From an uncultured Elusimicrobia bacterium (lineage in GTDB: Bacteria; Elusimicrobiota; Elusimicrobia; Elusimicrobiales; UBA9959), in NCBI GenBank assembly GCA_937870775.1, contig CALMZU010000206.1:1-43859 (forward strand): a stretch of 43,859 bases of DNA. Direction: 5' to 3'. Positions 32,918-41,768 of the stretch are shown piece after piece (position 1 is the first letter of the stretch; every line of letters begins with the position of its first letter). The translations under genes were made by a program, and so were the position numbers. The notes under the pieces were generated by a model, which saw nothing but the letters and a program-made list of their open reading frames with translations, was not told where the DNA came from and searched no databases.

Positions 32918-34139
32918 AGCGTATCGCGTCCACCGGGCTCACGCGCGAGGCCCTCAGCGCCGGGTACACCGCGCTCAGCATGCACAGCGCGTAGCTGATG
33001 CCCACGGTGGCCAGTATGTCGGAAAGGTTCAGCTGCACCGGCACCTTGGTGATGTAGTACACGTCGGAGGGCAGCTCCACCACCGGGTACACCGAGATGA
33101 AAACGGAGATCCCCACGCCCAGGAGCACGCCTATCGTGATGCCGGTCACGGCTATCAGGTTGCCCTCCCAGAAGAAGACGCGGCGTATGAAGCCGGGCCC
33201 GGCGCCCATAGCGCGCAGTATGCCGATGTCGCGCAGCTTCTCCACGCTCATCATCAGCAGGTTGGAGGCTATGTTGAACGTGGCCACGAGTATGATCAGC
33301 GCCAGCACCAGCGTCATCACGAACTTCTCCAGCTTCAGCGCGGCGTAGAGGGTCTGGTTCATGTCGGCGTAGGTCTTAACGTTATAGGAGAAGCCCAGGT
33401 CCCTCTTCAGCGAGGCGGCCACGTCCCCGGCCCGGTTTATATCGCGCAGCTTCACGCCGGCGCCGTTGGCGCCGCCGCCCAGCCCGAAGAAGTCCCCCGC
33501 CGCCGCGGCGGAGCAGTAGGCCATCGTGTTGTCGAACTCGTAATAGCCGGTGCGCACCAGGCCGGCCACGCGGAACTTGCGCATCTTGGGCAGCAGGCCC
33601 ATGCCGGCCGCGGCCGAGCCCTGCGGGGACACCAGCACCGCGTCGTCCCCCACCCACAGGCCCATGTTCTTAGCCAGTTCCTCGCCCAGCACTATGGCCG
33701 GCGGCGCGTCACCGGCCTGCTTATCCAGCGGCTCCCACGAACCCTTTGTCAGCGCCTTCCTGAGATTATTTACCTTGAACTCTTCCGACGGGGAAAAGCC
33801 CTTCACCACCACGCCGGTGGACCTGTTGTCGAAAGTGAGTATGCCCTGGCCAAGCACGAAAGGCGACACCGCCTCCACGCGCGCGTCCTTCGCCAGCACC
33901 CCCCGCACCCGCTCCAGCTCGCGCGCCCCCATGCGCCCGTACACCGTGATATGCGCCTGCGCGTCTATGATCTTCTGCTTTATATCCGACTGGAACCCGT
34001 CCATGATGGCCAGCGTCACTATCAGCGCCGCCACTCCCAGCGCCACGCCGGCCACGCCGATGATCGTGGTGATCATCGCGAACAGCCCCTTCCTCTTTGC
34101 GAGCAGGTAGCGCCTTGCGATAAAGAATTCCGTGGACAT
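32910..34139 (-). CDS. lolE: Lipoprotein-releasing system permease (LolC/LolE, FtsX-fold)
   Basis: FIARRYLLAKRKG N-terminus, 4-TM MacB/FtsX topology with a large periplasmic loop, and a C-terminal PALRASRVSPVDAIRY. Confidence 0.8.
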   Translation of the reverse strand: MSTEFFIARRYLLAKRKGLFAMITTIIGVAGVALGVAALIVTLAIMDGFQSDIKQKIIDAQAHITVYGRMGARELERVRGVLAKDARVEAVSPFVLGQGILTFDNRSTGVVVKGFSPSEEFKVNNLRKALTKGSWEPLDKQAGDAPPAIVLGEELAKNMGLWVGDDAVLVSPQGSAAAGMGLLPKMRKFRVAGLVRTGYYEFDNTMAYCSAAAAGDFFGLGGGANGAGVKLRDINRAGDVAASLKRDLGFSYNVKTYADMNQTLYAALKLEKFVMTLVLALIILVATFNIASNLLMMSVEKLRDIGILRAMGAGPGFIRRVFFWEGNLIAVTGITIGVLLGVGISVFISVYPVVELPSDVYYITKVPVQLNLSDILATVGISYALCMLSAVYPALRASRVSPVDAIRYG

Positions 34140-34187
34140 TTATTTTTTTAAGTTTTCGGGGGCTAAAACGACGCCGGCACCGGATAA

Positions 34188-34344
34188 GCAAAACCGTCGC
34201 GGAGGCCGAGGCTTGCGTAAGCGACGAGGCCGGATGGCCGCGAAGCGGCCAGGTCCCCGTGACGAGCAGAGCACGGTGGCCGCCTGATGCGCATAGCACC
34301 TGATGCGGCACGGCCATAGGCCAGTGCGCGACGCCGTGTTTTGC
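34188..34344 (-). repeat. Intergenic element bounded by inverted termini (full extent of repeat copy A)
   Basis: Plus-strand GCAAAACCGTCGCG (34188-34201) is the reverse complement of CGCGACG[ccgt]GTTTTGC (34327-34344), apart from a 4-nt bulge. The arms enclose a ~125-nt GC-rich core full of short hairpins. Confidence 0.5.
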
Positions 34345-34349
34345 GTTCC
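34247..34349 (-). repeat. 103-bp structured repeat, copy A (reads like copy B on the minus strand)
   Basis: My hand alignment of the reverse complement of 34247-34349 against 43757-43859 gives 98 of 103 identical positions and no gaps. Confidence 0.9.
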
Positions 34350-34404
34350 GGTACCGGCGGCGAGGGCCCTGTATCAACCCTCGCTCAGTTCCGACACGCC
34401 CCTC

Positions 34405-35891
34405 TTACTGCTGGTCGGGGCGCAGAAGCGGGAACAGTATGACCTCGCGTATCGACGGGTTGCCGGTCAGCAGCATCGTGATGCGGTCTATGCCGATGCC
34501 GATACCGCCCATAGGCGGCATACCGTACTCCATCGCCACGATGAAATCCTTGTCCAGGATGTCCGCCTCGCCGTTGTTCTCCTCCTGCTGCTGGCGGAGC
34601 TGCTCCAACAGGCGGCCCTTCTGGTCCTCCGGGTCGTTCAGCTCCGTGTAGGCGTTGGCGATCTCCTCGGTGCCCGCGAAGAACTCGAAGCGCTCCACCA
34701 GGCACTCGTCGCCGGGCTTGCACTTCGCCAGCGGCGTGATAGCCGTCGGGTGGTCGAACACGAACGTGGGCTGCTGCAGCTCGCACAGTATCTTGTCGTC
34801 GAGGATGCGGTCGAAGATCTTGGCCGAGGTGGTGTCCGGGCCGCACTCGATGTGGATCCGCTTCGCGAGCTCCACGAGCTTCGGGCGGTTGAAGCGCTTG
34901 CCGTCGAGGATGTTGTGTATGTCCTCGCCGGTCACGCGCTTCCACTCGTCGGGCAGGCTCAGGCGGCGGAACGGCGGCTTCAGGCTGATCTTCTGGCCGT
35001 TGTAGTCCACGGTGTCCTTGCCGATCACCTGTATAAAGCGCTCGAAGAGCTTCTCGACGAGCTCGGCCATCCCGTGGTAGTCGGAGTAGGCCTTGTAGGC
35101 CTCCACCATCGTGAACTCGGGGTTATGGCGGGTATCCACGCCCTCGTTGCGGAAAACGCGGCCTATCTCGTAGGCGCCCTGGAAGCCGCCGATCAGCAGC
35201 TTCTTGAGCGGCAGCTCGAGGGCGATGCGCATATAGAGTTCGTTCTTATAGGCGTTGTGGAAGGTGATGAACGGGCGGGCGGACGCGCCGCCGGCCTGGC
35301 CGCACAGCACCGGGGTCTCCACCTCCAGCAGGCCCTCGCCGTTAAGCACCTCGCGCAGCGCGGCCACTATGCGGGAGCGCTTCACGAAGATCTCGCGGAC
35401 CTCGTCGTTGGAGATCAGGTCCAGGTAGCGGTCGCGGTAGCGCGACTCGGAATCGGTCAGGCCGTGGAACTTTTCCGGCAGCGGGCGCACGCTCTTCGAC
35501 AGCACGGTCAGCTTGGCGGCGTCCACCGTCAGTTCGCCGGTCTTGGTCAGGAAAAGTTTGCCCTCTACGCCCAGGAAGTCGCCCACGTTCATCTGTTTCT
35601 TGAACAGCTCGTAGGCCTCCTCGCCGACGGAGTCCCGCTTCACGTAGATCTGTATCTTGCCGGTGCCGTCCTTGAGGTGCGCGAACGTGGCCTTGCCCAT
35701 CACGCGCATAAGCACCATGCGGCCTGCCACCGTCACCGCGGTCTCGGGCGCCAGCTTGGCGGCCTCGCCTATGCGGTGCGTGGTCTTGAAACGGTGCGGG
35801 AACGGGTCTATGCCCTTCTCCCTTATGGCCTTTATCTTGCCGTAGTTGTTGGCGACTATGTCGTTGATGCCGGAATTAGGGGGTGTAGTAG

Positions 35892-35895
<4 letters not shown>
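34405..35895 (-). CDS. lysS: Lysine--tRNA ligase (class II)
   Basis: OB-fold N-terminal domain and class II motifs (FRNEG, GIGIDRITM). 496 aa. ATGA overlap with the upstream receiver gene. Confidence 0.95.
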
Positions 35896-36275
<380 letters not shown>

Positions 36276-36314
36276 GTCTCCCCCGTTTCTGGGTTGCGCG
36301 GCCGCCGCCGGCCG

Positions 36315-36343
36315 CATATACAAGATATATTATTTTACAAGAA
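36315..36343 (-). promoter_or_regulatory. Candidate promoter of the receiver-lysS unit
   Basis: On the minus strand: TTCTTG (36343-36338), 17 nt, TATATG (36320-36315), in a locally AT-rich patch. Confidence 0.35.
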
Positions 36344-36367
36344 AGGCCGAACGCAAGACAAGCGCGC

Positions 36368-37057
36368 CTACAGTTCGGGCACCGAGGCCGCCGTTGCGGC
36401 AGAGAAATGCCTACGGCCGAACTCCCGCAGCCAGGCGGCCGTCTCCTCCACCCTCGCGGAGGTCACCTTCTCCACGTAGCACTGCTCGGCGTTGCGGCGC
36501 AGCGCTATGCGGGCAGAGGTCTCGCGGTGCCAGCCCGCGTCGTATACGCCGGCGGCCAGCAGCCTGTCGTTTATGGCCTCGGGCGAGGCGTTCTCGGCGC
36601 AGAACACGCCGCGCGAAGCGCAGAGCGAACGCAGCATGTTCTCCAGCACCGCGCCGGCCAGCGTGGCGGCCGAGACGAGATGTCCCTTGCGGGCCAGGCC
36701 TTCGGCCTTCAGCAGCAGGTCCTCCTGCAGGCCGGCCGCGCCGCGCCCGCCGGCGGCCAGCCGCTGGTCGCAGCGGGCCTTCTTCAGCGTGTTCAGGAAA
36801 AACGAGAACAGCGAGCCCGGCGCCGCGGCGGCGAGGTCGCGTTCGGCGGCGGCCAGGCTGGTGTAATGCGGGTGTTCGGGGCCGAACGCGGCCTTCACCA
36901 GCGCCAGCGCGTCGCGCTTCCAGCGGGCGTAGGCCGGGTCCGCCGAGGAATAGCGGTACCACCTGTAGCGGTAGCCGTCCAGGAAATCAGCGCGGAAGGC
37001 CCCGCCTTCCTCTATCAAAGAATCGAATTCTGCGTCCATTCCGTCTCCGGGCTTCAT
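36368..37057 (-). CDS. Hypothetical protein (229 aa), family not recognised; C-terminal half faintly HEPN/DUF4145-like
   Basis: Strong RBS GGGAGGG 3 nt before the ATG at 37057. Composition is coding-like. The C-terminal helices AGAVLENMLRSLC ... INDRLLAAG ... RIALRRNAEQ resemble the DUF4145 layout, but the conserved His is absent. Confidence 0.6.
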   Translation of the reverse strand: MKPGDGMDAEFDSLIEEGGAFRADFLDGYRYRWYRYSSADPAYARWKRDALALVKAAFGPEHPHYTSLAAAERDLAAAAPGSLFSFFLNTLKKARCDQRLAAGGRGAAGLQEDLLLKAEGLARKGHLVSAATLAGAVLENMLRSLCASRGVFCAENASPEAINDRLLAAGVYDAGWHRETSARIALRRNAEQCYVEKVTSARVEETAAWLREFGRRHFSAATAASVPEL

Positions 37058-37198
37058 GCACCCTCCCAGTTAGCGGAAGACTTACGTTGCGGACTTACTT
37101 CCCCCGGAAGCGACTATAGCATATATAAGGCGCCGCTTTCAGCCGCGGCCCCAAAAATATGTAGAATGAGGCGAAGGGATTTTTCCAGCGGAGGCCCC

Positions 37199-37675
37199 AT
37201 GGCGATCGAAAGAACTCTGGTACTGATAAAGCCCGACGGCATGCAGCGACACCTTGCCGGCCTGTCGATAGACAGGCTCGACAACACCCACCTGGAGATG
37301 GTTGGCGCCAAGATCGTCACGGTGACCGAGGAGCTCGCCCACCGCCACTACGCCCTCCTCGAGGGCAAGGGCGTGTTCGCCGACAAGAAGGAATACGCGC
37401 AGCTCATCAATTTCATGAAGGGCGACTACCACGGCGACCCCAAGAGACGCGTGATGGCGCTGGTCTACCAGGGCGAGAACGCGGTGAAGGGCATACGCGC
37501 CGCCGTCGGCGCCACCAACCCCGAGGACGCCTCGCCCGACACCATACGCGGCGCCTTCGGCCGCATCTGCCGCAAGTTCGGCTACTTCGAGAACGTCGTG
37601 CACGCCTCCGGCAGCGTCGAAGAGGCGGAGCGCGAGATAGCGATCTGGTTCAGGCCCGAGGAGATATTATCCTGA
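37199..37675 (+). CDS. ndk: Nucleoside diphosphate kinase
   Basis: MAIERTLVLIKPDG, GATNPEDASPDTIRGAF and the active-site NVVHASGS. RBS GGAGG. I chose the start at ATG 37199 rather than the 422-aa ORF. Confidence 0.9.
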   Translation: MAIERTLVLIKPDGMQRHLAGLSIDRLDNTHLEMVGAKIVTVTEELAHRHYALLEGKGVFADKKEYAQLINFMKGDYHGDPKRRVMALVYQGENAVKGIRAAVGATNPEDASPDTIRGAFGRICRKFGYFENVVHASGSVEEAEREIAIWFRPEEILS

Positions 37676-38553
37676 AGCGCCTCCTTGCCGCGCTGCTGCT
37701 GGCGGCGCTGGCCGCCGCGGCGGCCCCCTCCCGCTCCGCGGCCCAGCAGGCCCCGGAGGAGTCCCGCGTCACCCTTAACACCGAGGACGGCTGGGCGCTG
37801 AGCGCGCGCTGGCTGCCGCCGGCCGGCGACGCCCCCGTGGTGGTGCTGGTGCACACGCAGAAGAGCGACCTTACCGAGTGGCAGCCGTGGATGACGCAGA
37901 TGAAGCGCTACGGCTTCGGCTACCTGGCCTTCGACCTGCGCGGCCACGGCAACAGCTTCGTCACGCCGGACGGTTCCACCACGTCGTGGCGCGCCTTCAG
38001 CGTCAGCGGCTCGGACAACGAGTACAACAAGATGCTGCGCGACGTGGAGGCCGCGCTGGCCTTCCTTTCGACGCACTCCGTCACCGGCCAGCGCACCGCC
38101 ATCGCGGGCTCGGCGCTGGGCGCCAACCTGGCCATAAAGGCCGCGGCGATACACCCCGAGGTGGCCATGGTGATAGCCGTCTCCCCGGCGCTGAACGTCA
38201 ACGACGTGCTGACCGTGAACCCGCTCAGGGCCTACGGCAGGCGCCCGCTGCTGATGATAGGCGGAGCCGACAAAGCGAAGCAGTACAAGGAGCTGCAGCT
38301 TTTGAACGACATAGCGCGCATGGCCTGCGGCAAGGAGAACGTGACCATCATCGTGGAGGCCAAGGGCATAGGCCCCGACCTGGTCACCAAGTACAACGCG
38401 CGGCGCGTGATGGATTGGATCAAGAACCCGAAGCGGCCCGAGGTCGTGGAACTGTCCACGGCGCCCGCGGCGGGACTGGCCGGGGACAACGCCGGGCAGG
38501 AGAACACGGACGGCGCGGAGCAGGGCTCCATGCCGGATTACTCACAGGAATGA
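37672..38553 (+). CDS. Secreted alpha/beta-hydrolase-fold protein (start codon uncertain, probably non-canonical)
   Basis: VVLVHTQ ... FDLRGHGNS ... IAGSALGANLA (nucleophile elbow GSALG). The frame upstream of the first canonical start (GTG 37837) encodes a good signal peptide, LKRLLAALLLAALAAAAAPSRSAAQQ. It is reachable only from CTG 37672, ATT 37666 or ATC 37669. Confidence 0.6.
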   Translation: MKRLLAALLLAALAAAAAPSRSAAQQAPEESRVTLNTEDGWALSARWLPPAGDAPVVVLVHTQKSDLTEWQPWMTQMKRYGFGYLAFDLRGHGNSFVTPDGSTTSWRAFSVSGSDNEYNKMLRDVEAALAFLSTHSVTGQRTAIAGSALGANLAIKAAAIHPEVAMVIAVSPALNVNDVLTVNPLRAYGRRPLLMIGGADKAKQYKELQLLNDIARMACGKENVTIIVEAKGIGPDLVTKYNARRVMDWIKNPKRPEVVELSTAPAAGLAGDNAGQENTDGAEQGSMPDYSQE

Positions 38554-39461
38554 AAATGAAAAAGAACGACGCCTTCGCAAGGTACTCCAAGCTCCCCACC
38601 GAACAGAACAACCCGCGCACCCGCGACCTGGACCGCGTGCCGCTGCGCCGCGTGCTCGAGAAGCTCAACTACGAGGATATGCTGGTGCCGAAGGCGGTCG
38701 CGAAGTCGATACCGCAGATAGAGAAGGCCGCCCGCGCGATCTCGAAATCCTACCTCGCCGGAAGGAAGATCTATTTCATAGGCGCCGGCACCAGCGGGCG
38801 CCTCGGCGTGCTGGAAGCCGCCGAGATCCCGCCCACCTACGGCGTTACGCCCGACACCTTCACCGCGCTGATGGCCGGCGGCCAGATGGCCGTTTTCCTC
38901 TCCAAGGAAGGCGCCGAGGACGTCTACGAGAACGGCTACAAGGAGATATCGAAGCTGGCGCGCCGCGGCGATACCGTGATAGGCATAGCGGCCAGCGGCA
39001 TCACCCCTTACGTGAAGGGCGGCCTCGCCGCCGGCGGCAAGGCCGGCGCCTTTACCGTGCTGCTGACCTGCAACCCGAAGGAGAAGGCCCCCGAGGCGAA
39101 GATACGCATAGCGATAGACGTCGGCCCCGAACCCATCTCCGGCTCCACCCGCATGAAATCCGGCACCGCGACGAAACTCGCGCTCAACATGCTTTCCACC
39201 TCGTCGATGATAGTCTCCGGCAAGGTGTACCGCAACTGGATGGTGGACGTGAAGACCACGTCGAAGAAACTGGTGCTGCGCGCCGAGCGCATCACCGCCA
39301 CCGTCGGCGGCGTGGACCAGGCCGAGGCCCGCAGGCTGCTGGACATCACCGGCAACGACGTGAAGACGGCCATAGTGATGGCGCGGCTCGGCACGGACCT
39401 CGCCGGAGCCAGGGCCCGCATAAAGAAGGCGGGCGGTTTCCTTAAGAACATACTGGGCTGA
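38550..39461 (+). CDS. murQ: N-acetylmuramic acid 6-phosphate etherase
   Basis: LPTEQNNPRTRDLD, the SIS motif FIGAGTSGRLGVLEAAE, and GSTRMKSGTATKL. ATGA overlap with the hydrolase stop. Confidence 0.9.
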   Translation: MKMKKNDAFARYSKLPTEQNNPRTRDLDRVPLRRVLEKLNYEDMLVPKAVAKSIPQIEKAARAISKSYLAGRKIYFIGAGTSGRLGVLEAAEIPPTYGVTPDTFTALMAGGQMAVFLSKEGAEDVYENGYKEISKLARRGDTVIGIAASGITPYVKGGLAAGGKAGAFTVLLTCNPKEKAPEAKIRIAIDVGPEPISGSTRMKSGTATKLALNMLSTSSMIVSGKVYRNWMVDVKTTSKKLVLRAERITATVGGVDQAEARRLLDITGNDVKTAIVMARLGTDLAGARARIKKAGGFLKNILG

Positions 39462-39480
39462 TCCCCGAGGCCCTGACGAG

Positions 39481-39508
39481 AACCCGCGGCCCGCGCCGCG
39501 GGTTTTTT
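39481..39508 (+). terminator. Rho-independent terminator after murQ
   Basis: 9-bp stem AACCCGCGG (39481-39489) / CCGCGGGTT (39496-39504), a 6-nt loop, and a T-run to 39508. Confidence 0.85.
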
Positions 39509-39556
39509 CATGCAACCGTCCGGCCCGGCGGCCCGTATTATGGAGAGAAGGGAGTA

Positions 39557-40804
39557 TTGTACAATCGAACTATGCGCATACTAATGGCAGCAGCACTGAT
39601 AGCCGCCTGCGCCGCCGCGGCGGGCGCGGAGGAGCGGCTCACTTTCGCCGAGGCCGAGGCCCTTATGCTGTCGGCCAGCCCGCAGGCCGCCTCGTCGGCG
39701 GCGACGCTGGAAGCCGCGAGGAAGAAGGCCGACTCGGCGAGGGCGGCGCTGTACCCGTACCTCTCCGCCAAGGGCTCATATTACCGCGAAGGCACATCGG
39801 CGGCCCCGGCTTACGATTATTATTCCTACGGCCTCTACGCCTCGCAGCCGCTGTTCGCCCCGGCCTCCGCGGCCGCGCTGCGCTCGGCACGCGCCTCGCT
39901 GGACTACAGGCAGGCGGCCTACGACAAGACCGCCTCGGGCCTGCGCTACGCCCTGGCCGCGGCCTTCGCCGACATAGTCTGCGCGCGTGAGACCGTGAAA
40001 CTCTCCGAAGAGACCCTTAAGCGCCGCGCCGAGAACGTGGAACTTATAAGGATAAAATACCAGGCGGGCCGCGAGAACAAGGCTGCGCTGCTCGAGACCG
40101 AGGCCACCCTCCAGGCGGCGCGCTGGCAGCACCAGCGCTACCTCAAGAGCCTGCGCCTGCTCGAGCGCGGCCTCAACCGCCTGCTCGGCAGGCCGGCCCA
40201 GTCGCCCGTGCCGGAGCTGGCCCCTCCAGCGCCGCAGGAACCGCCGGCGGACCTCTCGGCCTTCGCGGCGGAACTCGACCGGCATTATTCCCTGCGCGGC
40301 GCCCGCGCCTCGCTGGCCGAGGCCGCGGCTTCCCGCGATTCCTCGCGCGGCGCGAAGCTGCCTTCGGCGGACCTTTCGGCCAACTACGTCTGGTCCGGCT
40401 ACGACTGGCCCTCGTCGCCCAACAGCTGGGCCGCCGGCGCCAGCGTGACGCTGCCGCTCTTCTCGTCGGGCCGCCTCTCGGCCGACCTGGACGCGGCGAA
40501 GAAGCGCGAGGCCGCCGCCGGGGCCGACCTCCGGGACGCGGCCGACCAGGTCTCGCTGGACGCGGAGGACGCCTTCCTGTCCTGGCGCGAGGCGCGCTCC
40601 TGGCTGGACGTGGCCGCCGCCTCGCAGCAGGCAGCCGAGGCCCGCGCCTGGCTGGTGCGCAAGCAGTACCTGGCGGGGCAGTCCTCCTATTTCGAATGGC
40701 GCAACGTCGAGGAACAGCTGATAAACGCCAAGAACCAGTCGCTGGCCGCCGGCCGCGACCTCGCGAAGGCCGGCGCGGCTTTCAGGCAGTCCATCGGAGA
40801 ATGA
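39557..40804 (+). CDS. TolC-family outer membrane efflux protein
   Basis: Signal peptide MRILMAAALIAACAAAAGA and a long Ala/Leu/Arg-rich helical repeat architecture. It lies directly upstream of macA-macB. The start is either TTG 39557 or ATG 39572. Confidence 0.75.
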   Translation: MYNRTMRILMAAALIAACAAAAGAEERLTFAEAEALMLSASPQAASSAATLEAARKKADSARAALYPYLSAKGSYYREGTSAAPAYDYYSYGLYASQPLFAPASAAALRSARASLDYRQAAYDKTASGLRYALAAAFADIVCARETVKLSEETLKRRAENVELIRIKYQAGRENKAALLETEATLQAARWQHQRYLKSLRLLERGLNRLLGRPAQSPVPELAPPAPQEPPADLSAFAAELDRHYSLRGARASLAEAAASRDSSRGAKLPSADLSANYVWSGYDWPSSPNSWAAGASVTLPLFSSGRLSADLDAAKKREAAAGADLRDAADQVSLDAEDAFLSWREARSWLDVAAASQQAAEARAWLVRKQYLAGQSSYFEWRNVEEQLINAKNQSLAAGRDLAKAGAAFRQSIGE

Positions 40805-40805
40805 C

Positions 40806-41768
40806 ATGAACAGACCCTTCTACAGGAAAAAGAGATATATCTTCACCTTCATAGTACTGCTGCTCGTCGGCGGCCTGTACCTGCTCGGCCGCGGCGCCCG
40901 CGCCAAGGCCGAGGCGCGCAGGCTGGCCTCGCTGGTCCCCGCCTCGCCGCAGCGCGGCCTGCTGACCACCAAGACGCAGGCCACCGGCACGGTGGAGCCG
41001 GAGAACCGCGTGCTGGTCACCCCGTCGGTGAGCGGCCGGGCGGAAGAGGTGCTGTTCGCCGAGGGGCAGCTGCTCAAGAAAGGCCAGGTACTGGCCTGGG
41101 TCAGTTCCAGCGAGCGCACGGCGCTGCTGGATTCGCTGAAGATGAAGGACACCTCCCCCGAGGAGAAGAAGATGGTGGAGGAAGCGTACAACCTGACGCC
41201 GGTGGTGGCGCCGATAGACGGCATGGCCGTAAGGCGCTCCGTCGAGCCCGGCCAGAGCGTCAGCGCCGCCAAGGAACTGGCGGTCATCTCCGACCGTCTG
41301 ATAGTAAAGACCTTCGTCGACGAGACCGACATAGGCTCGGTGAAGGAAGGCCAGGCGGCGGAGTTCTACCTGGACGCCTTCCCCAAGGACAAGCGGCTGG
41401 GCCGCGTGCTGGCCATAGCGCACGAGTCCTCGCAGAAGGACGGCGTGACCGGCTACGAGGTGAAGATACTTCCTTCCGGCGCCGCCGACGTGATGCGCTC
41501 CGGCATGACCGCCGACGTGCTGATAGTGACCGGCTCGAAGAAGGACGCGCTGACCGTGCCGAAGAAGGCGGTGAAGTACAAGGACGGCGAGCCCTACGTC
41601 TCGGTGAAGAACTCCCCCTCCGGCAAGCTGACCGAGCGCAAGATAAAGACCGGGCCCGCCGACGAGAGCCGCGTCGAGGTGGTCTCCGGCCTGACCGAGA
41701 AGGACACGGTCTATTATTCGACCGGCCCCGGCAGGCAATTCCATTCGTTCAGCGTCTCGGCGGAATAA
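40806..41768 (+). CDS. macA: Periplasmic adaptor (membrane fusion protein, MacA/HlyD family)
   Basis: N-terminal anchor helix, lipoyl/beta-barrel blocks ([18 protein letters not shown] ... PIDGMAV) and its position between the tolC-like gene and macB. Confidence 0.8.
   Translation: MNRPFYRKKRYIFTFIVLLLVGGLYLLGRGARAKAEARRLASLVPASPQRGLLTTKTQATGTVEPENRVLVTPSVSGRAEEVLFAEGQLLKKGQVLAWVSSSERTALLDSLKMKDTSPEEKKMVEEAYNLTPVVAPIDGMAVRRSVEPGQSVSAAKELAVISDRLIVKTFVDETDIGSVKEGQAAEFYLDAFPKDKRLGRVLAIAHESSQKDGVTGYEVKILPSGAADVMRSGMTADVLIVTGSKKDALTVPKKAVKYKDGEPYVSVKNSPSGKLTERKIKTGPADESRVEVVSGLTEKDTVYYSTGPGRQFHSFSVSAE

Noticed and set aside
34140-34404. The structured lysS-lolE spacer as a housekeeping RNA (SRP/4.5S, 6S, RNase P, tmRNA) or a tRNA.
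   Set aside because: The hallmark motifs are absent: no GGAAGCAGCC-type SRP domain IV, no RNase P GAGGAAAGUCC and no tRNA T-loop or cloverleaf. A second 95%-identical copy in the window also argues for a repeat rather than a single-copy housekeeping RNA.
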